Virus record (IMG/VR): IMGVR_UViG_3300032307_000117 | Coordinates: 11,892-75,891 of that record | Length of the DNA stretch: 64,000 nt | Strand: one strand, 5' to 3' | DNA from: a virus | Shown: positions 20,701 to 28,499 of the stretch, one piece after another | Layout: every line of letters begins with the position of its first letter | How positions within the stretch are numbered: the stretch's first letter is position 1 | Made by a program: the position numbers and the translations under genes | Notes under the pieces: generated by a model | Seen by the model: the letters and a program-made list of their open reading frames with translations, nothing else | Database searches by the model: none | What the model was told of the DNA's origin: nothing

Positions 20701-23453
20701 AAAGAACTTAGTTGTCCAGCTGATGCGCCTCGCATTGGAGCAATCTGGAATGTGCCTCGGCCACCTGAGCTTTTTGCTCTATAGTAATCCATCAGGATAT
20801 CACCAGGGTATGCAGAAGACCTTCTTGCAACAGAACCCTTAGTTATAAGATCTATATCTCCATACATACCCAAAGATTTATCTGTTGGCTTTCTGGTAAG
20901 GGCATTAAAGTTTCTTCCCTTAATTCCAAACAGTGAATTAACTATTGACTGAAGAACAGAAGTTTTTGCATATCCGTATGTAGGCCTAGCAGATCCTGAA
21001 GTAGTCTTGGGATCTAGACCAAAAACATCGGACTCCATTTTTGCACGAAGCTTTTGCTGCTTTGGGTTTTGGCGACCATACTTTGTGAGGTAATCTGCCC
21101 CGCTTTGTGTGTCAAATGCGCTTTGATATCTTGCATTCTTTCCTTGTGACTGTAGAGCACTTATAAAGTTTCCTGAACCCATCCTTACAGCAACTCTGGA
21201 TTTACCTAGCATCGATGCAAATGGATTTCGTCCAAAAGCAAAGCCAGGAACGTTGTCGGCAATAAGAGATGAAATAATTCCACTGTACTTTTGGGATTGT
21301 CTTGCAGGAATAACTGCTTCTCCTGGTGAAAGCATGGCTGGCACAACATCTCCAGCCCCCTTAGGACCTGGAACAGAAAGAATTCCACGTGCATATCCTG
21401 GTATGCCATCAATGGTTCCCTGTGGTGACTGAGCTCTTCTGCCTCCAGGAATTCTAGTTATTGGCGGTGCAATAGAAATTCTTTGATTTGCGGCAGCCGC
21501 ATTCATTGCTAGCTGTGCTCTAGTTGCTGCCTGATAAACTCCAATTAGCTGAGTTAGGGCTGCTGCCTCAGAAGTGAAGGTTTGCTTAAGCATTGCATGA
21601 GATTGATTCAAAGATGCTGCTACGGCTGCTGCTTCCAGCTGCTCTTGGGTCATGTATTGGGTTGCAGATCCTAGCTCTGTAGAAGACCCAGACAATCTTT
21701 GATAGAATAACCTTAAGGCATTAAATCCCTTTGCCAGGTTTGCAACACCGTTGGCAACTAGACCTATAGTCATAAGAGCCGCTGGCGCAATTAATCCCAA
21801 TGTTGTAATAAGTCCAGTTACAAAGGCTTTTCCGCCTTCGCTCATATTGTTAAACTGTTTTAGTAGCGATGTTCCAAAATCAATAATTGGTGTAACAAGC
21901 TTAATAAACTGTTCTCCAAATGGGGCAAGAGATGCCTGAAGATCTTCCATTGCTTTCTTAAACTTGTAAGCTGGAGAATCCTCTAGTCTCTTTAATTCTC
22001 GCTCTGAAAGTATCGCAAGCTCTTCTGCGGTTGCCTTAGATAGCTGAAGAACACGGCTTGCCTGATTTCCTTGTCCAATTACGTTTTGAAATAGTGTTGA
22101 AATACGTGAAAATTGGAACTTACCGAATAGCTGCTCAATTGCTCTAGCACGGTTTAGAGGATCTAGCGTATCCAATGCATTAGCAAAATCAATGACTAGA
22201 CCTTTTACGTCGCCCTTATTTGACTCTACAATATTTTTTACATTTATTCCAAATTGAGCCAGCATTTCTGCAGCTTTGCCAGTTGGATTAATTAAAGAGG
22301 CAAGACCAGACTTAAGTGCGTTGGCACCTTCAGAGGCATTAATTCCACCTTCTTTCATGGCGGTTAGGAAAAATGCTAAGTCCTCGACGTCTCCACCCAG
22401 CTGTTGAACTACTGGACCAGCTTTTGGAATGGCAATAGTTAAGTCTTCAATACTTACAACAGTTTGGTTTTCAACAGCGTTAAGAAAGTCTGTTTTTCTT
22501 GCAAGATCTTCGGTTGCAACACCAAAAGCACTAGTTAAAGATATTGTAGTTTTTAGTGCTTCTTGCTGTTCTACCCCACCCAAAACGGCAAGTCTTGTTG
22601 CCTCTGCAACCTGAGCTGTTAATCCTGCGCCCATTTGACCCATTGCTGCAGCATCGGCTGCTAGCTCCATAGTCTTTTCTACGGCAACACCATATTTTGT
22701 AAACTCATTTGCAAGGTCTCTAATACCAGCCAAAGCCTTTTCTGTTTCAGCAGTGGTTGTAAACATTTCACCATAAACACGTCTAAAACGAATTGCCTGC
22801 TCTTCGAGCTTCATAAATGTCTTAGAGGCAACAGTCCCAAGCATTGTAAGAGGAATAGTAAAACCAACCATAAGCTGGCGACCAGCCCACTGAGTATTTT
22901 TACCCCAGTTTAAAAGATTTGTAGATCCTTGCTTTACAAGCTGATTGAATAGTTGCTGCTTCTGAGCAGTCATGGCTGTCTGGGTAGCCAAGTTATTCAT
23001 ATCTAGAACAAGTGGTCTAACGTTAATTGCCTGAAGGGCACCGCTAGCATCACGACCCATCTTAATGTATTGGGTCTGAAGAGTCTTTACTCTTTCTCTA
23101 GATACCTTTTCAATTGTGTCAAACTCGGATCTGAATAGTCGTCCGAATGTTTTTGTAGATGCCCCAGCGTACCTAAAGTACTCTCCCATAGAGAGCTTGT
23201 TCTTTTCCAGGGCATTGGTAAAAGATTCTGTAGTGCTTTTTATTGTAGAAAGATTGGCAGAAAACTTGCCAGTAGCATTAATAGAGTCAACAAGACTCTT
23301 CTGCATGTTTCTGGACATAGCAGCATTAGCTGCATTTCCAGATGCTTGCATTTGTGTGTGAAAGGCCGAAATCTGACGCTGCAGATTTTTAATACTTGCC
23401 AGAGCTGACGAAGTATCAATATCTATTCTAATATTGGCTTCAGAATCAGCCAT
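14796..23453 (-). CDS. Tape measure protein with internal cargo domains
   Basis: 2885 aa; TP901-type core (GGINASEGANALKSGL), hydrophobic segments, coiled coils, three VPAML(S/T)PGE modules. Confidence 0.95.
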   Translation of the reverse strand: MADSEANIRIDIDTSSALASIKNLQRQISAFHTQMQASGNAANAAMSRNMQKSLVDSINATGKFSANLSTIKSTTESFTNALEKNKLSMGEYFRYAGASTKTFGRLFRSEFDTIEKVSRERVKTLQTQYIKMGRDASGALQAINVRPLVLDMNNLATQTAMTAQKQQLFNQLVKQGSTNLLNWGKNTQWAGRQLMVGFTIPLTMLGTVASKTFMKLEEQAIRFRRVYGEMFTTTAETEKALAGIRDLANEFTKYGVAVEKTMELAADAAAMGQMGAGLTAQVAEATRLAVLGGVEQQEALKTTISLTSAFGVATEDLARKTDFLNAVENQTVVSIEDLTIAIPKAGPVVQQLGGDVEDLAFFLTAMKEGGINASEGANALKSGLASLINPTGKAAEMLAQFGINVKNIVESNKGDVKGLVIDFANALDTLDPLNRARAIEQLFGKFQFSRISTLFQNVIGQGNQASRVLQLSKATAEELAILSERELKRLEDSPAYKFKKAMEDLQASLAPFGEQFIKLVTPIIDFGTSLLKQFNNMSEGGKAFVTGLITTLGLIAPAALMTIGLVANGVANLAKGFNALRLFYQRLSGSSTELGSATQYMTQEQLEAAAVAASLNQSHAMLKQTFTSEAAALTQLIGVYQAATRAQLAMNAAAANQRISIAPPITRIPGGRRAQSPQGTIDGIPGYARGILSVPGPKGAGDVVPAMLSPGEAVIPARQSQKYSGIISSLIADNVPGFAFGRNPFASMLGKSRVAVRMGSGNFISALQSQGKNARYQSAFDTQSGADYLTKYGRQNPKQQKLRAKMESDVFGLDPKTTSGSARPTYGYAKTSVLQSIVNSLFGIKGRNFNALTRKPTDKSLGMYGDIDLITKGSVARRSSAYPGDILMDYYRAKSSGGRGTFQIAPMRGASAGQLSSFERLGMPFGSNLTPGTKNQYTTNPRSPYVETYTPGGFGFAEIEKVIASNPAMAKQIKSELKSAGLGSIRVTGPGFIARLFKKLGVPGYSKGIASVPGGSQSGLFQGLMSGTIGAALALTDQDRAVFRDLNLTGSQQKKYSELLGYTYSGGRSYRTVPTSLAMFDAAGSADIGRQILAKLAQANIGSQDAASIMSDAANESKTQLGAQKTLRAIDSLILTANQSGTKLGSGVLKKSFREAMGIQAFSIKKEFAHIGSGTKISAAEALRLSDQGILKLSPSQKRALQTVADPNATMLDLKSGFGFDIENKEIGPDGKLVRLNAQMAEGQNSDGSIKYAKGADKDALLREFRRSGISKWDRSIIFGGGDPAALAPQTKMFDDTITKILDDLPQGTKVVDSEASARYLESKGVKAISMERIYDLAKKRLPAGTKDLQYIFKRSQTSPAEIRNKDLPGFKSKGLERKPIGIPMRPLAKQFPGSKENLEYAKSPNTNFFKAFFRRRGFAFNKGVVSVPGPKGAGDIVPAMLSPGEAVIPAQMSKKYAPLINSMIADNVPGYVKGKTAPGGTLPNTAEPVQVELTQKSSRGLAGNLKQGFGDAARRAIAAATGVRAPGTGTAPADLDPTEPATAGKRSMAGRVGGVGMLAGTAAMMYSMTGGPASDLAGMASLPLMMLPMIANKIGLALVAVGALAAGIIYLTTKLSDATKAGLEAGKSMAMTSEKLNEMSEITGKVTASQIAERQREKQLSGQGAKKREFGQNFLESQAGKKLLSDAEAMTTSGMSSAEVASSIASQLSYAIMQGAITDQQARSIAFGLSEKLGDYSISANIGGKLTQLFGPNGENLLNGDPIEISLAIQKDSLAQQNKAFDNSIELMKKNAEVSGGSVGNLIGAGIMTAVGAALTATGIGGLLGIGLISGGVAAAGATLGVEALGDQEENNKARGVAVQLGAEQIAQNQGLLDSLERQYDGQISQLEAEKEAATTRKERLAIEKQISDKIAERNAGLAKQKAANAAVFDSLVEQARIMGSGFTDSINLAIDSRFANATGAMKAAADLAKSSLAGLEQGDFKTTLQIGLASGEFDPVTISNLINANKESNGNISSKFNLMVKAVGTADSNQVIQLLNAAGVEGKEYEAVFSLVTKDKADIDYNLKALAELNSMQSEYGIGVEITAENTEVIGNLVKDTKGLPKEVTQTVLTNFISTMPAGPSKGILESVLANWDVLSGGKKTMNAELIVDFAIGKYNQTAVDAWYYTVGPGKNIRSETAMSRITAEQRMAAFLGQPSETDGGTGTNTEGETTTTGAGAKKTTWIDDTLKKLKNLTNASINANGGLKELKRVIDGTKLNVFDGLGQKLAKAGISEAFADELMGMGKDARKKFVQIGKDGTAILTKAGKRREAAYARIAVGEFGLNQARTIQETKDQTVAVNRLVAAGLSLEEAYNAVENAGVAAALAGKQISESALTKLIADTKAATAATKEFQNVASVQIAAQDANNLAKAANALEKSSYSFAERQAILSDSALTELFLSGKNQKLLQARVKQILNPEFLQGLFDEGFNAAMNAISVKERKIELDFEVKTQPDLKIIDAAQNDIDKISFTIDDLQAGIKEIADQEDVVNKKYADRSKALSEIKEINSDLVAQQKAQLTVADALSRGDIAAAAKAAQDLRATQAQTSIDAQQKALELSKEKELATLVSSNGKTRKQLEDEIKKLQDEIFAIEEKRLEPAQERIRLADIEKQALIDSVTVLDKTRLAWQQIESEIENSRIGSTRYTESISNAIAMVESLKTAWKNATPGETQVDVPLVSQGTGAQAPVAGQPNAEFKGTRPGPDHDGKKKGEVWVGPNATWKWDGKKWNKISNVGKVNAAKFNQGGYVAKMFAGGGLANVKFAKGGTDIVPAMLTPGEFVMRKYAVENFGLDNMKAINNGTYSGESVYNYSINVNVQTDANADQIARNVMTQIKRIDSQRIRGNRF

Positions 23454-23476
23454 TCACTAGCACCTCTTTGTTGTTT

Positions 23477-23797
23477 TTACTTAAGATTGTTTAGCAAAGC
23501 TGCATCTGTAAGATTAATTCCAGATGCCTCTTCTACAATCTTATACACAGTTGGAAGGTCTAGAAGCTCTTCCAAAGCTGCTGCATCAGCTGCCAACTCT
23601 GGCTTGTACTGCTGCATAGCAATCTGTACACATTCCATCAGTAGGCTCATCGACTTCTCGTTGTCCTCTGCCACCTTTGCAATGCCCTCAAACTTGGACA
23701 TGAATGGACGCAGTAGAGAAATCTTTAGTGGGCGAACTGCCACCTTTGTTCCATCAATTAGTGTAATTGTCTTTTCTTCATTTACTGTTGTAGCCAT
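23477..23797 (-). CDS. Tail assembly chaperone (G-like)
   Basis: Between major tail gene and TMP; paralogous to the N-terminus of 23824..24519. Confidence 0.75.
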   Translation of the reverse strand: MATTVNEEKTITLIDGTKVAVRPLKISLLRPFMSKFEGIAKVAEDNEKSMSLLMECVQIAMQQYKPELAADAAALEELLDLPTVYKIVEEASGINLTDAALLNNLK

Positions 23798-23823
23798 TTT
23801 TTCCTCTCATATGGTTGATTAAA

Positions 23824-24519
23824 TTATACCACAGTTGCACTCTTTTTGTCTATCTTTTCATAGCTTAGCCCCATGCCAATGCCGAAGCCAGCCTTCTGGG
23901 CTCCTACCCCTTGCAGGGCGACAACGTCATTTGGATCCTTTGTGGTTCCACCACTAAAGACCTTTGCCTTCATCTGTTCCCATGCGTTAGAGCTCTTCTT
24001 GTTGTCTTTATCTATGTCAACTCCCTGAATGGCAGCCAAAAACTTTTTTTCTTGATAGTCTAGCTCTCTTTTAGATTCTAGGGTGGCCATTAATTCTGGC
24101 ATAGATAGCGATGACTCTAGTTGTTCATAGTCTTTCCAGATACCCAGCAAGAATGCCTCTGCCTCTAGCTTTGCCAGGTCAAGGGTTTCCCATGTAGAAC
24201 CACTCTCTACGGCCTGGTCTTTAACAGTTTCTTCAGAATCTGGCTTTACCTTGATTCCAGCGGCTACCTCTATGATCTTATAAATAGTGTGAATATCGGC
24301 ATTGTCTTCTAGGTCAAACCTGTCTGGGGTATATTGCTTCATAGCTATTTTTGCACATTCCGTCAAAAATAAAACAGCTTGACTGTCATTACTTGCATTT
24401 TTTACAAACTCAAACAGCTCCATAAATTCTCTAAGATATTTAATCTTTAGTGGAGTTAGGCTAACTTCCGTGCCGTCCATAAGAGTTATGCTCTCAACGT
24501 CATATATTTTAGTAGCCAT
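23824..24519 (-). CDS. Tail assembly chaperone (GT-like fusion)
   Basis: G-like N-terminal domain plus C-terminal extension (LESSLSMPEL). Confidence 0.7.
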   Translation of the reverse strand: MATKIYDVESITLMDGTEVSLTPLKIKYLREFMELFEFVKNASNDSQAVLFLTECAKIAMKQYTPDRFDLEDNADIHTIYKIIEVAAGIKVKPDSEETVKDQAVESGSTWETLDLAKLEAEAFLLGIWKDYEQLESSLSMPELMATLESKRELDYQEKKFLAAIQGVDIDKDNKKSSNAWEQMKAKVFSGGTTKDPNDVVALQGVGAQKAGFGIGMGLSYEKIDKKSATVV

Positions 24520-24532
24520 CTAACCATTATAA

Positions 24533-24580
24533 CAAAAATAAGGCTACCCAGTCAACAAATGACCGAATAGCCTTATCTTT
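24533..24580 (-). terminator. Intrinsic terminator after major tail gene
   Basis: ATAAGGCTA...TAGCCTTAT stem flanked by A/T tracts. Confidence 0.75.
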
Positions 24581-24590
24581 ATTAGTTTTA

Positions 24591-25229
24591 TTACGAAGCA
24601 GCAGGAATGGTGCGATCTACGATCTTACCATATGATGCGTTATCGTTTGGAAGCAGACGGAAAGAAACCTCGAACATGGTTGGTTCGTCACGCTTAGCAG
24701 ATACTGTAACACTCTCAATTGAAAGCGCACGGTATGCGGCGTAGACTCTTTCGATCTGGTCACCTAGAGCACAGTCTCCTGTACCAGGACCAACAGCCAC
24801 TAGACCACGCTCTACTGGACATTCTCCAATGTCACCAGCAGATAGGTTTAGGGTTGGGTTGCCACCAACGGTAGTCAAGTCTTCGTCCTGACCAGCTAGT
24901 GAGAATAGCAAGTTTTCCAATGTTGCCTCAGCAAATGCTGTGTTTAGGTTAACCTGCATACCCTGCTTGTATAGCTTTGCAACGTCTAGAACCTGGTCGA
25001 CCTGCACCTCACCAAAATCAGGCTGGAAAACAATTTCCAAACCGTTCATGGTGTAACCAACGTTTCTGAAGTCTGCGTCGTCAGAAAGTGTAGTTCTGTA
25101 CGATACATCGTCAACGTAGCTTGGCAAGTCTGCTTCGGTAAGCTGTGAAGCTCCTCCAACAGGCTCGTATGTAAAAAGTGCAGCTGCACCAACAATGATG
25201 TTTGCACTTGAACCACGTGTATATGCCAT
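24591..25229 (-). CDS. Major tail protein
   Basis: NVGYTMNGLEIVFQPDFGEVQVDQ, TAFAEATLENL; strong SD; followed by a terminator. Confidence 0.88.
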   Translation of the reverse strand: MAYTRGSSANIIVGAAALFTYEPVGGASQLTEADLPSYVDDVSYRTTLSDDADFRNVGYTMNGLEIVFQPDFGEVQVDQVLDVAKLYKQGMQVNLNTAFAEATLENLLFSLAGQDEDLTTVGGNPTLNLSAGDIGECPVERGLVAVGPGTGDCALGDQIERVYAAYRALSIESVTVSAKRDEPTMFEVSFRLLPNDNASYGKIVDRTIPAAS

Positions 25230-25310
25230 ATTTTTTCACCTCTTTTTCTTTAATAGATTAAAGGCGTGTTTCCTCATGTATAAGTATACACCCATTTATG
25301 AAAGGATTAT

Positions 25311-25919
25311 TTAAGATATTGGCGCTGAATAGTGCCAGTCATAGTCTACAATTATCTTGTTTCCAGCATAGGTTCTGGCTGTACCAAAGTCAATAATATC
25401 CCTGGTTTCTTCTAGCTGGTAGATCTTAATTTCGTGGAAAAACGGTAGCAAAAAGTCTTTTGCGGATGGTCCAGAGCCAAAAGTAACGACTTTAAAGGTT
25501 TCGTTTTGTCCAGTAACAACGTTTGCAACCTGGGTTGTCTTTTTGCCCTGAGCAATGTGAATGTTAGCAATCCAAGAGTTTAGCTCTTGAGCTGATTCGT
25601 CTCCTCTGTCCAACAGATCCATAACTAGCTGAGATGTCTCGATAAGCTCTTCTGGGGTATCCTGCATTTTGTAGAAGTAGTAGAGTAGTTGCTCTCTTTT
25701 AATGTGTGGGAAGGCTGTTCTTCTCATCTTAAACATTCTGTCATATACCGCAAATAATCCGCTTCCGTTTGGAAATGACTCTGTTAGTGCATTAATGTCT
25801 GTTGGACTTGTTGGGAAAAATGGAAGACTTACGTCCCGTCCAGTCTGAGCACCAAAGTAGCCACTAACCTTTTCAGAAAGATAGTTGTTTATAAAAACTG
25901 GTGGGTAATGAATAGCCAT
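25311..25919 (-). CDS. Tail terminator/completion protein
   Basis: Position just before the major tail gene. Confidence 0.55.
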   Translation of the reverse strand: MAIHYPPVFINNYLSEKVSGYFGAQTGRDVSLPFFPTSPTDINALTESFPNGSGLFAVYDRMFKMRRTAFPHIKREQLLYYFYKMQDTPEELIETSQLVMDLLDRGDESAQELNSWIANIHIAQGKKTTQVANVVTGQNETFKVVTFGSGPSAKDFLLPFFHEIKIYQLEETRDIIDFGTARTYAGNKIIVDYDWHYSAPIS

Positions 25920-26596
25920 TATATCTCCAAACCTGCATTAGCTATCCAGCGATAGCCTGTTGATATTCCCTTGGATTTACCTATTCTACTGCCACTTCTC
26001 ATATCTTTCTTAAATACTTCTGCATTAGAAAGGTACCGCCCAATTCCGCTAGAGCTTAGGAATGCCTGGGTAAAATAATTCCTAAAGAAATCATCAAATG
26101 TTCTTTGGAAGCTGCCTTCTACGTTATCTCCACCAGGATTTGAAACAGATATTGGTTTTCTTGTAAAGACCTGTTCACCGTTATCGTCAAAAGCTAGGAC
26201 CTCTGATCGTCTAGGACTAATTGTAACACCAATACCATTTTCCATTATTGCTGCCTTGTTATAAAATGGAACATTTGACCCCATCTTAACAGAGGTAGAC
26301 TGTCTAAAGTTAGACTTTAGTGATAGGCCTAGCCCACTCACAGTATAGTTAATGTCAAATAGTCTAGCATCTGGGCTTCCAGTTCTAGACCACTCGTATA
26401 CGTGATGCAAGGCTTCTGGATTTACTCTAGCATTAGCGTCTATAAATTGCTGCAAAATTTGTACGGTATTCTTACCTATATTATTAAGAAGCTCATTCTT
26501 GCCAAGCTTTATTCCATCTAAGAATCCAATAGAGTAGTTCATGATATTGTTCATATCTTTCATAAACTTTCTAGAGTCAATCTTTGATTTCATCAT
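25919..26596 (-). CDS. Neck/tail completion protein (HK97 gp10-like position)
   Basis: Synteny in the neck module. Confidence 0.55.
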   Translation of the reverse strand: MMKSKIDSRKFMKDMNNIMNYSIGFLDGIKLGKNELLNNIGKNTVQILQQFIDANARVNPEALHHVYEWSRTGSPDARLFDINYTVSGLGLSLKSNFRQSTSVKMGSNVPFYNKAAIMENGIGVTISPRRSEVLAFDDNGEQVFTRKPISVSNPGGDNVEGSFQRTFDDFFRNYFTQAFLSSSGIGRYLSNAEVFKKDMRSGSRIGKSKGISTGYRWIANAGLEI

Positions 26597-27039
26597 AGCG
26601 TTGCCGCCTGATTCTCTGATCTACGAATAACTATCTTGTAGTATTCTGTTGATCCAAATGGACCTACAAATGGCTCTACTGTGGCGACTTCAAATATAGT
26701 TGACTTTCCAGTTCTTGGACCAGAAGTTTCTAGATAAATCTCATTGTCATTCTTGTCCCTGATGTTAGTGACAATAATGTTTGTTATTGCATTTTTAGAG
26801 TCCCTGGCTGAAATACGGATGTCGGTTTTTGCTCTTCCAAGAAGGACCGAGTTTTCAATAATTGCCCTGTTTGGCTTTACTTCTTGAGCCCAGTCTGTAC
26901 CAGCAGTAGTAAAGCTAGAGGCTATTGTTCTGTCGTGCATCCATTCTTTTTGTACAGATCCATAGGCATTCTGAGAAATGGTTGGATAAAAGATATCTGC
27001 CTTCATGGGGAACATGAAGTCTGGAGTTTCGCAAATCAT
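26593..27039 (-). CDS. Head closure (stopper) protein
   Basis: Synteny; QNAYGSVQKEW beta-rich motif. Confidence 0.6.
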   Translation of the reverse strand: MICETPDFMFPMKADIFYPTISQNAYGSVQKEWMHDRTIASSFTTAGTDWAQEVKPNRAIIENSVLLGRAKTDIRISARDSKNAITNIIVTNIRDKNDNEIYLETSGPRTGKSTIFEVATVEPFVGPFGSTEYYKIVIRRSENQAATL

Positions 27040-27950
27040 TATAGAACTCCAATTTTACGAATAGACTTTATATACTTAGAAAGTATCTTGTCTACAATAA
27101 GGTTTCCTGTCCCCTCAAACGATTGCTTGTCAAACTGAATCTTAAATTGATCTGTATTGTAGGATGAGACGTATCTCTTGTAATATTCTAGCTTTCCGCA
27201 TTCAATGTCATCTATAAGAAGCTGGGTTGCTCTTGCAATGTCTGATGGGACTGCGTATACCCCAGCCTCAAGGAATATCCTGTAGTCAAAAGTGTGTGGG
27301 AATCCTCTACGTCCAAAGTATGCTAGGTCTACATAGTCTGATGGAGAAGCTGGAAGCTCTAGTGGAGCACCCTCTCTTCTATTAAAGGTTCCAGTGTAGT
27401 CTTCCACAATGGCTGTTTTGTCATCTGAAATCTTGTAAAGCGTTCTGGATGTTTCTGGGCTAAGTGCGTCGAATACCAAAACATTGTTTTCGTATACTTT
27501 TAAAATCTTTTTTGCGTCTACCCAAACTGGGATATAGTCCAATCCAAGACCAGTGGTCTCTAGGACAACCTTCTTGAGATAGAATCCGTCTGGAACTATT
27601 GAGTCTATGACTGCCCTAGCCAATTCTTCCTTTTCGGCAAATGCCGCTATTTCTGATGGCAACTCTGCCTTTGTAGCTGGATCAATGTACGGCCTAACTA
27701 GCTCTACAGTTTCGTCTATAAGTATTGATGAGTCTGGAGCAAATATTCTCACTCTATAAGAGTTGTCATATTCTCCTGGCAAAACGACAACTATTTTTTG
27801 TCCAGTTGATTTTGTAGATGTTGTAGAGGTTTCTGACAAGTCCGCCATATCAGTTACGGTAATCTTAAATTCTGCATTGGTGTATCCAGCTGGTACTGTC
27901 AATGCTTCAAAATTAACGTCTAGATATGGCGAGACTCTCAGAATTTCCAT
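27039..27950 (-). CDS. Head-tail adaptor/connector
   Basis: VPSDIARATQLLI...TGNLIVDKILSKY C-terminus. Confidence 0.7.
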   Translation of the reverse strand: MEILRVSPYLDVNFEALTVPAGYTNAEFKITVTDMADLSETSTTSTKSTGQKIVVVLPGEYDNSYRVRIFAPDSSILIDETVELVRPYIDPATKAELPSEIAAFAEKEELARAVIDSIVPDGFYLKKVVLETTGLGLDYIPVWVDAKKILKVYENNVLVFDALSPETSRTLYKISDDKTAIVEDYTGTFNRREGAPLELPASPSDYVDLAYFGRRGFPHTFDYRIFLEAGVYAVPSDIARATQLLIDDIECGKLEYYKRYVSSYNTDQFKIQFDKQSFEGTGNLIVDKILSKYIKSIRKIGVL

Positions 27951-27953
27951 GTT

Positions 27954-28406
27954 TTACTTACCGAACTCTTTAGCAACTTCTTCTGGAGTTGCAAGTCTTA
28001 TGTGACCACGAGTTAGCCACTTTTCTGCAGCTGACTTCTTCACAATGTTGTAGCCAGTGTAAACTTTGCCAACTTCATTCCAGGTTACATTTCTGGTAGA
28101 ATGAATGGCTACGGTTTCTTCTTTTGGCTCTTGCTTTTTGGCAGGCTTCTTTTCTGCCTTTTCTGCAGATGCTGAGCCAAACGCTCCGCTCTTTAGATTT
28201 ACAATTCCAGATGACTTACGGGCAGCTGGAACTACCTTTTGTACTGAATCGATAACATTGTTTTCTTCGACTGCTGGCTTGACATCTTCAGAAATTGATG
28301 CGGTAATTCCTAGCTCTTCGGCTACTTCTTCTACCTTAGTTTCTGGAGCCTGAGCCAACTCTTCTTCAATTACTGGTTCATTATTTGTATTAATATCTTC
28401 AGACAT
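27954..28406 (-). CDS. Hypothetical virion-associated protein
   Basis: Acidic low-complexity N-terminus, compact C-terminal domain; strong SD. Confidence 0.7.
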   Translation of the reverse strand: MSEDINTNNEPVIEEELAQAPETKVEEVAEELGITASISEDVKPAVEENNVIDSVQKVVPAARKSSGIVNLKSGAFGSASAEKAEKKPAKKQEPKEETVAIHSTRNVTWNEVGKVYTGYNIVKKSAAEKWLTRGHIRLATPEEVAKEFGK

Positions 28407-28450
28407 AAATACCTCCTATTTATATATATTATAACAGATTAATTAATAAT

Positions 28451-28488
28451 AAAGGGGCAGAGACCGTTAAGCCCCTGCCCCCTTAAAA
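28451..28488 (-). terminator. Intrinsic terminator after major capsid gene
   Basis: AAGGGGCAG...CTGCCCCCTT stem followed by a T-rich tract on the minus strand. Confidence 0.8.
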
Positions 28489-28499
28489 GGTTTTACAGA

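Noticed and set aside
24043-24049. A-AAA-AAG slippery heptamer in the GT-like chaperone
   Set aside because: It lies well past the G-domain boundary, and the -1 frame stops within about 8 codons.
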